64,000 nt of DNA from Carpediemonas membranifera BICM (GCA_019828565.1 JAHDYR010000038.1:1128552-1192551), one strand, 5' to 3'; counted from the stretch's first letter, positions 1 through 12,228 are shown. Notes: generated by a model from the sequence alone, not told the origin. Numbers and translations: made by a program.

Positions 1-2921
1 TCTCCAGGGGGCAGAACGGGCAGAACCGCATGTCCAGAGCACGCTGGACGGCTCTCGAGCAGGTCTTTGCGGCTCACCCGAGAACCGGCCGACGTATGCG
101 TTCCCGCAAGGCCTGAAGTCGTTCGCACCCAGGTTCGTGGCATTCATCCGCGAGGGACTTGGATTGCCACCTGACCCGGCCATCCCCGCGGTTCCAGGAC
201 AGTCGTCGAGTCGACCCACTGCCCGTCGTGCGCCGTTGGTCCCGGCTCGGCCCCAGGCACAGCCGCACGCAACCTCCTCCCAGCAGCTGCCGGAGGAGCT
301 CCGATTCCTGCCCTCGCCGACTGAGGCAGGAAGGATTGGGAAGGCCAAGCCGTCAAAGAAGGGCGCACTGCCGTTCGTGAAGGGCCTGATCAACCGCTTC
401 GTAGCTCTCAACGAGGCTCCCGCCTCGCGGAAGCGAGCTGCCCTCATTGCTGTCCTACAGCATCCGCGCACGGTGTACAGGCCCTCAAAGGAGCCGGTCG
501 GGCTCAGAAGCCGGACACCTGAGTTTGCGGCGTATACCAAAGCAGCGGCCGGCTACTATTCGAGTGCGTTGAAGGTGCTCCTTGCGGAAGACCCTCACAC
601 TGGCCCCGGCTGAAGTTGACGAGCAGTTGGAGGCGCTGCAGGAGGAGCCGGTGCTCAACCCGACCCTGTTCCACCCACCCAGGATGCCGGGTGCGCTTGA
701 GTCGTTTGAGCTGACAGAGGAGGTCGTCACGCATGTCCTCGATCGACTGAAGACTGACTCGGCACCTGGGCCATCGGGCCTCAGTTTTCTACATCTGAAG
801 CTGGCCTATAGACTGCGGAAAGGCCAGTTCGTCAGGGCAATAACGCCGCTTTTGCTCGACATCATCAGTGGCGAAAGGTACACTGAGATCCTCTCCCATG
901 CCCGGCTAGTTGCGCTACCGAAGGGGCGGGCAACGTGCGCCCCATCGCCATGGGCGAGTGTCTACGCCGCGTGGCCGGGAAGGCTTTGGCCCGCGTGGTT
1001 GGCCTGCGCCTTGCCGCGGACGGGGTCTGCTCTGGCCAGTATGGACTGGGCGAGCCCTGTGGTCTTGACTGTATGGCTGACCTTCTGGCAGAGAGGTATG
1101 CAGCAGGCGACCAGGTATGTGCCGTCGACATGACTAACGCATATGGAACGGTGTCCAGGCAGCACCTCCGGGACGTCGCAGAGGCCTGGGTTCCCGCCCT
1201 GCTGCCGTACCTTGAGGTCATGTACCGTCAGGGTCGTCTGATCACCCCTACAGGACTCGTCATTCCGTCCAGGGAAGGGGGTACAGCAGGGGGATCCCAT
1301 CTCTCCTGTCCTCTTCTCCCTGGCCATGAAACCTGTGCTAGACCAGCTGCGGTCTGAATTCCCGGACTGCGACCTGGTTGCATACCAGGATGATGCATAC
1401 CTTGTCGCCCCCCGCGACACACCAAGCACACGTATTGATGCCTTCTTTGCTCGATGCGCCGCACTGGCGAACGGCGTGGGTATGAAGGTCAACGCGGCCA
1501 AGTGTGTTGTCATCTCGAAGTTCGGGGTTTCGGGGAACATCCGGCGCGCTGTGTGCGGAAAGGCGGTCGGTGTCCCCATTGGGGATGCTGATGGCGAGGC
1601 TGCGGTAGTCGATGAAGTGTTCTGTGGCATGGAAGCGGCCATCGAAAGAATCGTTGCGATGGTGGAAGCAGTTGGTCCTGTTTCGGCCGGTGTTGCCATC
1701 AATATGCTGAGATCGTGTGTTTTGGCAATGCCTTCGGCAATCTATCGGTCTGTCTCTCCAGTTCCCCACCAATCCAGGACAATTCAGCTGGAAAGGAAAA
1801 TCCTTCGAGCGATTGGCGACATCCTGCAGAAAATGGGCAGATTGCAAGTTCCTACGCAGCGTATTGCGCTTGATTACGATGATTTCGGTCTTCGTATGCC
1901 TTTGCCATCGCTCGTGTGGAAGTGTGCATTTTTGGGCACAACACACCAACTGCACACACTACGCCCCAACAGGACCGTCCCTCACCTTGACGAGTCGCTT
2001 TTCAAGCTCGATGGCAGCGCTGTATGGCCTGAAAGTGTCGAGGCTCTCTATGAGATCGAGGCCATGAAGCCTCAGAAGAAGCTAACCAAATTCCATAGAG
2101 ATGCATGGGTGCTTGAGTTCCGCCCCAATCAGCCTGCTGACTTCGAGTTATGCCCAGATGCCGCCGTTCAGGCTCTACCGGAGTCAGCTGGCCGCCCCGC
2201 CCCCGCTGCCGGAGCACTCCGCAAGGAGGCCTCCCTCACGCCCTTGGAGCTCGATCCGGCTCCACTGGGGTCCCTCTTTGTTCCCATTGTGCGGGCGCAC
2301 CTCGACACGGCCCCATTCGAGGAGCTGCCTGAGGTCTGCCCGCTGTGCAACGCGCAAGCCATCACGTGGAAGCACGCCCTCTCGTGCCCCAACCAGACCG
2401 GAGGTGCCGACGATGCCCGCCATGACCACATTCGGGACGTTGTACAGGCCGTTGTCAGTGACGATGACATATCTGGCCGTCCAATGGCTGACGTGAAGCC
2501 CGAGCGCTGGCTCACCCGGGCCCACCCCAGGTTCCGGCAGGTGTCTGCCAGAGCGCCCACCCGCAAGAGGGCCGACCTCAAGGTCTCTGGTGAGCGTGAC
2601 GTGGTTGGCAACGTGGTCCATGACGACGTCTATGTCGATTTTTACTGTGGAGTCAACCCGCGCGCGGCTGAGCTGGAGAAGGCCAGGGAGTACCAGAACT
2701 GGGCTATTACATTTATCCCAGCCGCCACCACCGTCCTGGGTGAGACTGAGTCCCGCATCACCGAGTGCTGGGCCGTGAAGCTCTGTGAGGCGATCGCCCG
2801 CCCCCACCTGGTCCCCAGGGTCAAGCACCGCACCTTCCTCTCGGTCTGGGCAGACAACATCCGCGTCTGGTCGGACTATGTCTCCCAGTGCAAGGCCCGT
2901 TGGGCCGAGCACCACCAATAA
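1..2921 (+). pseudogene. RT + zinc knuckle + RLE polyprotein of copy 1, split by about 3-4 frameshifts
   Basis: ORF pieces 137-613, 582-1133, 935-1357 and 1326-2921 are colinear with the 4035-7556 protein. Confidence 0.85.
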
Positions 2922-3113
2922 TCTGCCCTCCCCACAAAATGCCGGAGTCGCGACTCGGCTGACTCGGCCACTCTAGGCTGCGTCGTCCCCGAGCCCCCCT
3001 GCGCCTCCCGCCCCATCGCCGCATCGCATAACGCATCCCCTGCCCCTGCGCGAGAGTAGTTGCTCGAAATTCCGCGGAGTCGCGTGTCGTTCGGACAACC
3101 TGGGAAAGTAAAT
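1..3113 (+). mobile_element. CRE/SLACS-clade RLE non-LTR retrotransposon, copy 1 (5' end outside window; divergent subfamily)
   Basis: RT motifs DSAPGPSG, RPIAMGE.LRR, QYGLG, DMTNAYGTVSR, YQDD; C-terminal CPLC-x7-H-x3-C, RHD, RADL..DVYVD..EK..EY (PD-D/ExK). Its 3' block is shared with copies 2 and 3; the exact 3' end versus TSD is not resolvable. Confidence 0.9.
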
Positions 3114-3126
3114 TCGGCCATGGTAT
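3114..3126 (+). repeat. Duplicated 5' 13 nt of tRNA-Glu (target-site duplication part)
   Basis: TCGGCCATGGTAT is identical to 12150-12162 but is followed by element sequence CCAGAGG instead of tRNA AGCTGG. Confidence 0.9.
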
Positions 3127-6100
3127 CCAGAGGAAAGTTGCTCGATTCGCCGCCGCAAGGCGACGAATCCTGCCATACATCCGATGAAGGACCTGGTACG
3201 TCTATTGACAAGCGATTAGCGCTATTCGCTGCTCTTCTGCGGTGGATTAACGATTTCCATCCATCCAGCTCGAAGAACTCTTGGCCGAAGGATACTGAGG
3301 CCTTTATTGAGATCTGCATGAACAAAGAACGTCTATTGAGCCTTATTTCGGATTACAAGCGTTTCTTCACGGTGAGCAACTTGGTTTGGATAACCAACTA
3401 CGTTCACGCGGCGACAAATCGCTTCGGCCCCGGCCACAAGGTGAAAGCTTCCCGCCGCGACGATCACGTCGCAAATGCTGTCGCCATTCTGCACGCTGCA
3501 GCCACTGATCAGGCGTTCACATCAACGCTCACCATCGAACGTGCGAACGAGGCTCTTGAGCGTATGATCGAGCACGCCATCGACCCAGTGAAAGCGAGAA
3601 GGATGAACCTCCTTCAGACTGTCCGAGGCCCTCAGAGGACGACGTCTGTAACCGCCTTGGTGAAGCGGGTCCAGCATGCGCCCCGCCCAGCCAGCCCACC
3701 GAATGCGGGCATCGCCCGCGAGTATGCGAGGGCCGATGCCTTCGCCCGACGCCAGGGAGACCGGCCCCCGAGCCCCACCCCTGCCGATACTGCCCCCACC
3801 GACTCCGCTGCCGCCCTAACTGGGCCGCAGCCCGCAGCCGCCCCGCAGGGTGACAGGCCCCCGAGCCCCACCCCTGCCGATGCTGCCCCCACCGACTCCG
3901 CTGCCGCCCTAACTGGGCCGCAGCCCGCAGCCGCCCCGCAGGGTGACCGGCCCCGAGCCCCACCCCCGCCGATGCTGCCCCCACCGACTCCGCTGCCGCC
4001 CTAACTGGGCCGCAGCCCGCAGCCGCCCCGCAGGGTGACGGCCCCGAGCCCCACCCCCGCCGATGCTGCCCCCACCGACTCCGCTGTCGCCCTAACTGGG
4101 CCGCAGCCCGCAGCCGCCCCGCAGGGTGACCGGCCCCCGAGCCCCACCCCCGCCGATGCTGCCCCCACCGACTCCGCTGCCGCCCTAACTGGGCCGCAGC
4201 CCGCAGCCGCCCCGCAGGGTGACAGGCCCACGCGCCAGACCCCCGCCCAGGTTGCCCCCACCCAGCCAGAGGAGAGGAACATCGACGACACCGCAGTGTC
4301 CGAGTTCCTCTCCCTGGCGGGCGTCGAAGGCGGGGAAGGGGAGAGAGCTGAGCCAGAGACCGGGCACGAAGCCCGTGGTGACTCAGCCAACCCTCCCCTT
4401 CGCCCGCCGCCGCAGGCAAGCCAAGGCCCTGAACCACGTACATTTGTGTACACAGGCCCTCCTGGCGCTCTTAACCAGATCACGGAGGCGCACCCTGGGC
4501 CAGCATCATCCACGCCTACCCAGGGGTGGCTGAGCCTTGCCAAGCTGGATCGACTCCGGCATAGGTTCACCGCAAACATCCCGACCCACCTGGTCGAGTC
4601 TCATTGGGGCTCGGCCGAGCAGGTAAGGTCCACACTCACGACAGCAGTCCGGGTCGGAGAAGTGTCCGGCGGGCAGAATGGCGTCCACAGGATGTCACGT
4701 GAACGCTGGACACAGCTTCTCGAGGGCCTCTTCGCGGACGAGCCGGACAGGCGGCCACCCTACAGCTTCCCCAAAGGGTTCAGGCAGTTCACGCCGAGGT
4801 TTGTGTTCTTCATGAGAGAGGCATGCGGTCTTCCGCCGGACCCTAGTGCTGAGGCCCCGCCCCATGCCGGGCCCAGCCAGCCCCCACGGAGACCGAGAGC
4901 AGCGCTCCTGCCCCTGCCGCCGGCCGACCCTCTCGCGGGCGACCTGCCGATCGAGCTGTCATATCTGCCTCACCCCGCGGAAGCCGGACGCATCGGCCGG
5001 GCGAAGCCCTCACGGAAGGCTGCCGCGGGATTCGTGAACGGGCTGATCCGGCTGCTCGTGACCCTGGCGAACGCGCCGCAGAACCGGAAGCGGGAGGCTC
5101 TGGCAGCCGTTCTCCGGCACGCGCGGACAGTATATCGCCCTGGGAAGAAGGGGATCTCCCTCCGCACCCGCTCCCCAGAGCGAGCTGCATACTCGAAGGC
5201 CGCCGCCGGGTATTACTCCAGCGCCATGAAGGTCCTGCTCTCTGAGGAGATGACACTCACGCCGGGTCAGATCGACCAGAAGCTGGAGGAGATGCAGGCC
5301 GCCCCGCTGAGAGATCCCCAGACGCCGGCTCTCACACGCCGCGCCGACGCGCTCACGTCCTTTGAGGTCACCTTCGAGGCCGTAGACGAGGCGCTGGGGA
5401 AGATGAGAGCGGACTCGGCCCCCGGCCCATCCGGGCTGAGCTTCTTGCATCTGAAACTCGCTCATCGACTCCGGAAGGGCCAGTTGGTGCAGGCACTCCT
5501 GCCCCTTGTGCGCGACATCATTGCCGGCGAGGAGTACACGGGTATCCTCGCTCACGCACGGCTCATCGCACTGCCGAAGGGCGAAGATCGGGTCAGACCC
5601 ATCGCCATGGGCGAGGCGCTCCGGCGCCTGGCCGCGAAGGTCCTCGCCTCGGCCGTCTCGTCGCGTCTCCGTAATGACGGCGTCTGCCCTGAGCAGTACG
5701 GGCTCGGCGAGAGCTGCGGCCTGGACGTTATGACCGCGAAAATTGCGGAAGCGTACGACGAAGGGCTCAAGGTCTGTGCTGTTGACATGACTAACGCCTA
5801 CGGAACCGTGTCCCGCGCCCACCTCCGTGTGGTGCTCGAGGCGCACGCCCCAGCCGCCCTCCCCTATTTCTCCACCATGTATGGCGAGGGCAAGCTGCTG
5901 ACCCCGACCGGGCACGTCATAGCCAGCCGAGAGGGCATCCACCAGGGGGACCCCCTGTCCCCAGCCCTCTTCACGCTGGCTATGACGCCCCTCCTCGGCA
6001 GCCTCCGGTCGCAACTTCCCAGTACGACCATCCTCGGCTACCAGGACGACGTGTACGGGCTGCTGCCCCGGCAGGCAGACCAGCGGACGATCGATACATT

Positions 6101-7556
6101 CTACGCGCGTGTGGAGGCGGCGTGTGGAGCCGTCGGTATGCGGGTGAACCGACTGAAGTGCCTCGTCCTGGCGAAGACGGGGACACTGGGCCAAAAAAGC
6201 GGACGGGTGCTCGGTATCCCCGTAGGCGACGACGCGGGCGTTGCCAACGCTGTGGACGCGGCCTTCTCGCGCATGGAGGACGCGCTCGTGCGGGTGGCCG
6301 AGATGACCGAGGCAGTGGGGCCGAAAGCGGCCTCGGTGGCGGTCAATCTGATCAGGTCTTGCGTTCTTCCGATGCCTTCGGCAATCTTTCGCAACGTGAG
6401 CCCGATTGGCCACGAATGCCGCACAAAAAGCCTGGAGCGGAAGCTGAGAGCTGCCATCGCACGCATCCTTCAGGTATCCGACGTCACAAAGATACCCGAA
6501 GAGCGTCTAGCGCTCGATTTCGCCGACTACGGGCTCCGTATCCCTCTTCCGTCGCTCATCTGGAAGTGTGCATTTTTGGGCGCAGCCCACCAGCTGCACG
6601 CCCTAGGCATCACCCGGGACATGGAGGCGGCGCTGTTCTCTCCAGAAGAGTGCCAGGAGTGGCCCAAAACCATCCAGGAACTGTTTAGCATCGAGGCTGA
6701 AAAGCCGCAGAAGACACTCACTACGATGCTTGCAAAAGCCTGGACGGCCAAGTACCGCCCCAAGACACCCGCCGACTTCGGCCTAGACCCCGAGGAGGTC
6801 TCCCAGGGCCTCTCTGACTGCAGCTCCCTCGAGGCCCCCGCCGCCGGACTCCTCCGCAAAGAAGCCGCGCTGAGCCCCCTCGACCTCGAGCAGACCTCCT
6901 GCGACAGCGTGTTCGTCCCCGTCACCCGGGCGCACCTCAACATCGCCCCATTCCGCGAGATGCCGGTCACCTGCCCCCTCTGTGGCCAGCAGGACATCAC
7001 GTGGCGCCACGCCCTCGGCTGCTCCTACCTGAAGGATGGCGCGACCAACGCACGCCACGACAGCATCAAGATGGCTGTGCACGATCTCGTGACCCAGGAC
7101 GACCTCCGCGGGCGCCCCATCCCCCACTGCAAGCCCGAGTTCGATCTGCTCGACACCCACCCTAGGTTCCGCGTCACGAGCGCCGACGCCCCCACACACA
7201 AGCGGGCTGACCTCAAGGTCTGGGGCGAGCGCGACGTGGTCGGAAACGTCGTCCACGACGACGTCTACGTCGACTTCTACTGCGGTCTTCACCCCCGCGA
7301 CGCCGAGACCGAGAAGACCCGGGAGTACGCCAACTGGGACGTCACCTTCCTGGTCGCCGCCACCACCGTCGGCGGCGCCACGGAGTCCCGCCTGACCGCG
7401 GACTGGGCGGTGCAGTTTTGCGACGCCATTGCACGGCCGCACCTGGCGGGAACCATGCGCGACACGGCCTTCCTGAAGGCCTGGGAGGGCAACCTCAGCA
7501 TCTGGAGTGACTATGTCAGCCAGTGCAAGGCCCGCTGGGCCGAGCTCAACCTATAA
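3120..7556 (+). CDS. Single RT-RLE polyprotein, about 1480 aa (two compensating indels in the repeat region)
   Basis: ORFs 3060-4004 and 4035-7556 are in the same frame. A -1 and a -2 indel in C runs of the 93-bp repeats (about 3955 and 4040) separate them. The first in-frame ATG is at 3120. Confidence 0.8.
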
Positions 7557-7748
7557 CCAGGTCCCTGCACAGAAATCTGGAGTCGCGACTCGGCTGACTT
7601 GGCCACTCTAGGCTGCGTCGTCCCCGAGCCCCCCTGCGCCTCCCGCCCCATCGCCGCATCGCATAACGCATCCCCTGCCCCTGCGCGAGAGTAGTTGCTC
7701 GAAATTCCGCGGAGTCGCGTGTCGTTCGGACAACCTGGGAAAGTAAAT
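3127..7748 (+). mobile_element. CRE/SLACS-clade RLE non-LTR retrotransposon, copy 2 (full length)
   Basis: Bounded by tRNA-derived junctions at 3126 and 7749; encodes RT (GIHQGDPLSP, GYQDD), CCHC and RLE. Confidence 0.93.
3753..4214 (+). repeat. Coding minisatellite, 5 x 93 bp (QGDRPPSPTPADAAPTDSAAALTGPQPAAAP)
   Basis: Units start at about 3753, 3846, 3939, 4031 and 4122. Confidence 0.92.
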
Positions 7749-7761
7749 TCGGCCATGGTAT
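7749..7761 (+). repeat. Duplicated 5' 13 nt of tRNA-Glu (target-site duplication part)
   Basis: TCGGCCATGGTAT followed by CCAGAGG, the same junction as 3114-3133. Confidence 0.9.
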
Positions 7762-10700
7762 CCAGAGGAAAGTTGCTCGATTCGCCGCCGCAAGGCGACG
7801 AATCCTGCCATACATCCGATGACGGACCAGGTGACACGAATTACCTGAAACTAGCGCTGTTCGCTGCGCTCCTGCGCGTAATGGACGAAATTCGTCAGCA
7901 CTGCCCGAAAGGCTCGTGGCCGAAGAACGCTGAGGCCTTCATCGAGGTTTGTATGAACAAGGATCGTTTATTGCGCCTTGTGACGGACAACAAACGCTTC
8001 TTCACGATCAACAACCTTTCTTTGATCACGGACTACGTTCATGCGGCCACAAACCGCTTCGGGCCAGGCCATAAGCCGAAGGCATCCCGCCGTGATGACC
8101 ACATCGCCAATGCCACTTCACTTCTTCACGCCGCAGCCACCAACCAGGTGTTCACTGCTACGATCTCGATTGATCGTGCCAACGAGGCCCTCGAGCGCGT
8201 GATACGGGGCAGAAGGACCGATGAGCAGCTCATGAGGGAGCACCCTCGTCCGCTCCGCCCGTCCGAGATCGCCGCTCGCCGCGCCAAGACCGGGCGTCAG
8301 TCATACGCCCAACTGATCAGCCGTGTCGAGGAGGCCCGCCCGGCAAGCCCTGCGCGAGACCGCACTGCCTTCCTCGAGGCAGAAGCATACGCGTGTCGCG
8401 TAGCTGCTGGCCGCGCAGACCGTCAACAGCAGGGTGATAGGCCCCCGAGCCCCACCCCTGCCGATGCTGCCCCCACCGACTCCGCTGCCGCCCTAACTGG
8501 GCCGCAGCCCGCAGCCGCCCAGCGGGATGACCGGTCTACCGACACCACCCCTGCCCAGGCTGCCCCCACCGACTCCGCTGCCGCCCTAACTGGGCCGCAG
8601 CCCGCAACCGCCCCGCAGGGTGACAGGCCCACGCGCCAGACCCCCGCCCAGGTTGCCCCCACCCAGCCAGAGGAGAGGAACATCGACGACACCGCAGTGT
8701 CCGAGTTCCTCTCCCTGGCGGGCGTCGAAGACGGGGAAGGGGAGAGAGCTGAGTCAGAGACCGGGCACGGAGCCCGTGGTGACTCAGCCAACCCTCCCCT
8801 TCGCCCGCCGCCGCAGGCAAGCCAAGGCCCTGAACCACGTACATTTGTGTACACAGGACCTCCTGGCGCTCTCAACCAGATCACGGAGGCGCACCCTGGG
8901 CCAGCATCATCCACGCCTACCCAGGGGTGGCTGAGCCTGCCAAGCTGGATCGACTCCGGCATAGGTTCACCGCAAACATCCCGACCCACCTGGTCGAGTC
9001 TCATTGGGGCTCGGCCGAGCAGGTAAGGTCCACACTCACGACAGCAGTCCGGGTCGGAGAAGTGTCCGGCGGGCAGAATGGCGTCCACAGGATGTCACGC
9101 GAACGCTGGACACAGCTTCTGGAAGGCATTTTCGCTGACGAGCCGGACAGGCGGCCACCCTACAGCTTCCCCGAAAGGGTTCCGCGAGTTCACACCAAGG
9201 TTGGTCTACTTCATGAGGGAGGCCTGCGGACTCCGGCAGGACCCCACAACCGGTGGTCCACCGCACACCAGACCCAGTCTGACCCAGCGGAGACCGAGAG
9301 CCGCACTCCTCCCCATGCCACCAACTGACCCCATCGCAGGCGACCTGCCCCTCGAACTGGCGTTCCTTCCCCATCCAGCTGAAGCCGGCCGTATCGGCCG
9401 ATCAAAGCCCTCGCGAAAGGCGGCAGCCAGGTTTGTGAACGGGCTGATCCAGCTGCTCGTGGCCCTTGCCAACGCCCCGGAGAGTCGGAAGCGAGAGGCG
9501 CTAGCCGCCGTCCTTCGGCACGCGCGGACCGTATACCGCCCTGGGAAGAAGGGCGTTTTCTCTCCGGGCCCGCTCTCCGGAGCGAGCTGCATACTCGAAG
9601 GCCGCCGCAGGGTACTATTCAAGCGCCATGAAGGTCCTGCTTTCGGCGGAAATGACACTGACACCGGGAGAGATCGACCAGAAGCTGGAGGAAATGCAGG
9701 CCACCCCACTTCACGATCCCCAGACACCGGCACTCACACCCCACACCGACGCACTGACGTCCTTTGAGATCACGTTCGAGGCGGTTGACGAAGCCCTAGG
9801 AAGGATGAGGGCGGACTCGGCACCGGGCCCATCCGGGCTGAGCTTCTTGCATCTCAAACTGGCCCACAGACTGCGGAAAGGCAAGCTTGTCCAGGCGCTG
9901 CTACCTCTCGTGAGAGATATCATCGCAGGAGAGGAGTACACAAGCATCCTCGCGCACGCACGGCTCATCGCGCTACCAAAGGGCCAAGATCGCGTCAGAC
10001 CCATCGCTATGGGCGAGTCTCTCCGACGCCTTGCCGCGAAGGTCCTTGCCTCAGCCGTCTCGGCCCGCCTCCGGGACGATGGGGTCTGCCCAGAGCAGTA
10101 TGGGCTGGGTGAGAGCTGCGGCCTGGACATCATGACCAACAAGATCGCCGAGGCCTACGAGTCGGGCCACAAGGTCTGTGCTGTGGACATGTCCAATGCG
10201 TATGGCACAGTGTCCCGGGCTCACCTTCATGCAGTACTGCAGGCCTATGCCCCAGCCGCACTCCCATACTTCACTACGATGTACAGGGAGGGCAAGCTGC
10301 TTACGCCGACTGGCAAGGTCATTGACAGCCGCGAGGGCATCCACCAGGGTGACCCGCTCTCGCCCGCACTCTTCACGCTGGCAATGATGCCCATCCTGAA
10401 GAGCCTCCGGTCTCAGCTCCCGAGCGCCACCATTCTCGGGTACCAAGATGACTTGTACGGTCTCTTGCCCGCCCACGCGGACCAACGCTCGATAGAGACG
10501 TTCTACGTGCGAGTGGAAGCAGCATGCAAGGCCGTTGGTATGCGCGTCAACAGGCAGAAGTGCCTCATCCTGACGAAGGCCGGATCACTTGGCAGACGGA
10601 GCGGACGCGCGTTGGGAATCCCCGTAGGAGACGACGCCGGCATCTCCCAGGCAGTGGATGATATCTTCACGCGCATGGAGGAGGCGCTCGAACGCGTCGC

Positions 10701-11958
10701 AGAAATGACGGAGACCGTGGGGCCAAAAGCAGCCGCCGTAGCGATCAACATGATCAGGTCATGCGTTCTACCGATGGCTTCAGCAGTATTTCGCAACGTG
10801 AGCCCGATCGGGCACGAATGCCGAACCAAAAGGCTCGAACACACGCTGAGAACCGTTATCGGCCGCATACTTCAAGAAACGGACGTTTCAAATATCCCAA
10901 AAGAGCGCCTTGCACTTGATTATGATGACTACGGGCTTCGGATTCCACTTCCCTCTCTCATTTGGCAATGTGCGTTTTTAGGAGCAGCGCACCAGCTGCA
11001 CGCCCTAGGCATCACAAGGGCCATGGAGGAGGAGCTATTCGCTCCCAATGGGTGCCAGAGGTGGCCCAAGACCACCCAGGACCTGTTCGACATCGAGGCT
11101 GAAAAGCCACAGAAGAACCTCACAACGATGTTGGCAGAGACCTGGACGGCCAATTACCGCCCCAAGACACCCCACGACTTCAGTCTAGACCCCGAGGAGG
11201 TCTCCCAGGGCCTCACCGACTGCAGCTCCCTCACCGCACCCGCCGCCGGAATCCTCAGGAAGGAGGCCAGCCTGAGCCCCCTGGACCTCGAGCACGTCTC
11301 ATGCGACAGCGCGTTCGTCCCAATCGCCCGGGCACACCTCAATGTCGCCCCATTCCGCGAAATGCCGGTCACATGTCCCCTTTGTGGCCAGCAGGATGTC
11401 ACGTGGCGCCACGCCTTAGGGTGCGCCCACCTCAAGGAAGGCGCCATTACCGCACGCCACGACCACGTTAAGATGGCTGTGCACGACCTGGTAGCCCAGG
11501 ACGACCTACGCGGGCGGCCCATTCCCCGTTGCCGTCCAGAGGTCGACCTCCGCGACACACACCCACAGTTCCGTGTCACCAACGCCGCAGCGCCCACACA
11601 CAAGCGGGCCGACCTCAAGGTCTGGGGCGAGCGCGACGTGGTCGGAAACGCGGTACACGATGATGTATACGTGGACTTCTACTGCGGGCTGCACCCCCGC
11701 GACGCCGAGCTCGAGAAGACCAAGGAGTACGCCAACTGGGACGTCACCTTCCTGGTCGCCGCCACCACCGTCGGCGGCGCCACGGAGTCCCGCCTGACCG
11801 CGGACTGGGCGGTGCAGTTTTGCGACGCCATCGCACGGCCGCACCTGGCGGGAACCATGCGCGACCTGGTCTTCCTCAAGACTTGGGAGGGCAACATGAC
11901 CGTCTGGAGCGACTACGTCACTCAGTGCAAGGCCCGCTGGGCCGAACTTCGCCCCTAA
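7755..11958 (+). pseudogene. RT-RLE polyprotein of copy 3 with about 3 frameshifts (possibly consensus errors)
   Basis: ORF pieces 7695-9026, 8927-9328, 9078-9767 and 9628-11958 are colinear with the copy 2 protein. Confidence 0.82.
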
Positions 11959-12149
11959 TCGCCTCACCAGAAATGTGCCGGAGTCGCGACTCGGCTGACT
12001 TGGCCACTCTAGGCTGCGTCGTCCCCGAGCCCCCCTGCGCCTCCCACCCCTTCGCCGCATCGCATAACGCATCCCCTGCCCCTGCGCGAGAGTGGTTACC
12101 CTAAGTTCCGCGGAGTCGCGTGTCGTTCGGACAACCTGGGAAAGTAAAT
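7762..12149 (+). mobile_element. CRE/SLACS-clade RLE non-LTR retrotransposon, copy 3 (full length)
   Basis: Same 5' leader and 3' block as copy 2; RT-CCHC-RLE in 9628-11958; abuts the intact tRNA. Confidence 0.93.
8430..8615 (+). repeat. Two units of the 93-bp coding minisatellite
   Basis: Same unit as 3753-4214; the second unit is diverged. Confidence 0.85.
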
Positions 12150-12222
12150 TCGGCCATGGTATAGCTGGTTAGAACATAAGACTCTCACTCTTAAGACCCG
12201 GGTTCGAGTCCCGGTGGCCGAG
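12150..12222 (+). tRNA. tRNA-Glu (anticodon CTC)
   Basis: Acceptor stem TCGGCCA/TGGCCGA, D-loop AGCTGGTTAG, anticodon stem TAAGA/TCTTA with loop CTCTCAC, T arm CCGGG-TTCGAGT-CCCGG. No encoded CCA (eukaryotic type). Confidence 0.95.
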
Positions 12223-12224
12223 AA

Positions 12225-12228
12225 TTTT
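12225..12228 (+). terminator. Pol III terminator (TTTT)
   Basis: T4 run 2 nt after the tRNA discriminator base. Confidence 0.6.

Noticed and set aside
3100-3200. HDV-like or hammerhead ribozyme at the non-LTR 5' junction
   Set aside because: By eye I could not build P1/P3/L3/P1.1 or the CUGAUGA..GAAA core; only a GNRA hairpin is clear. A covariance search is needed.
3753-4214. CRISPR-like array
   Set aside because: Contiguous 93-bp coding units with no unique spacers and no cas genes; eukaryotic context.
5010-6413. Long antisense ORFs over TE and host genes (also 60691-61740, 62745-63638 and others)
   Set aside because: Shadow frames of GC-rich coding sequence with no recognisable motifs.
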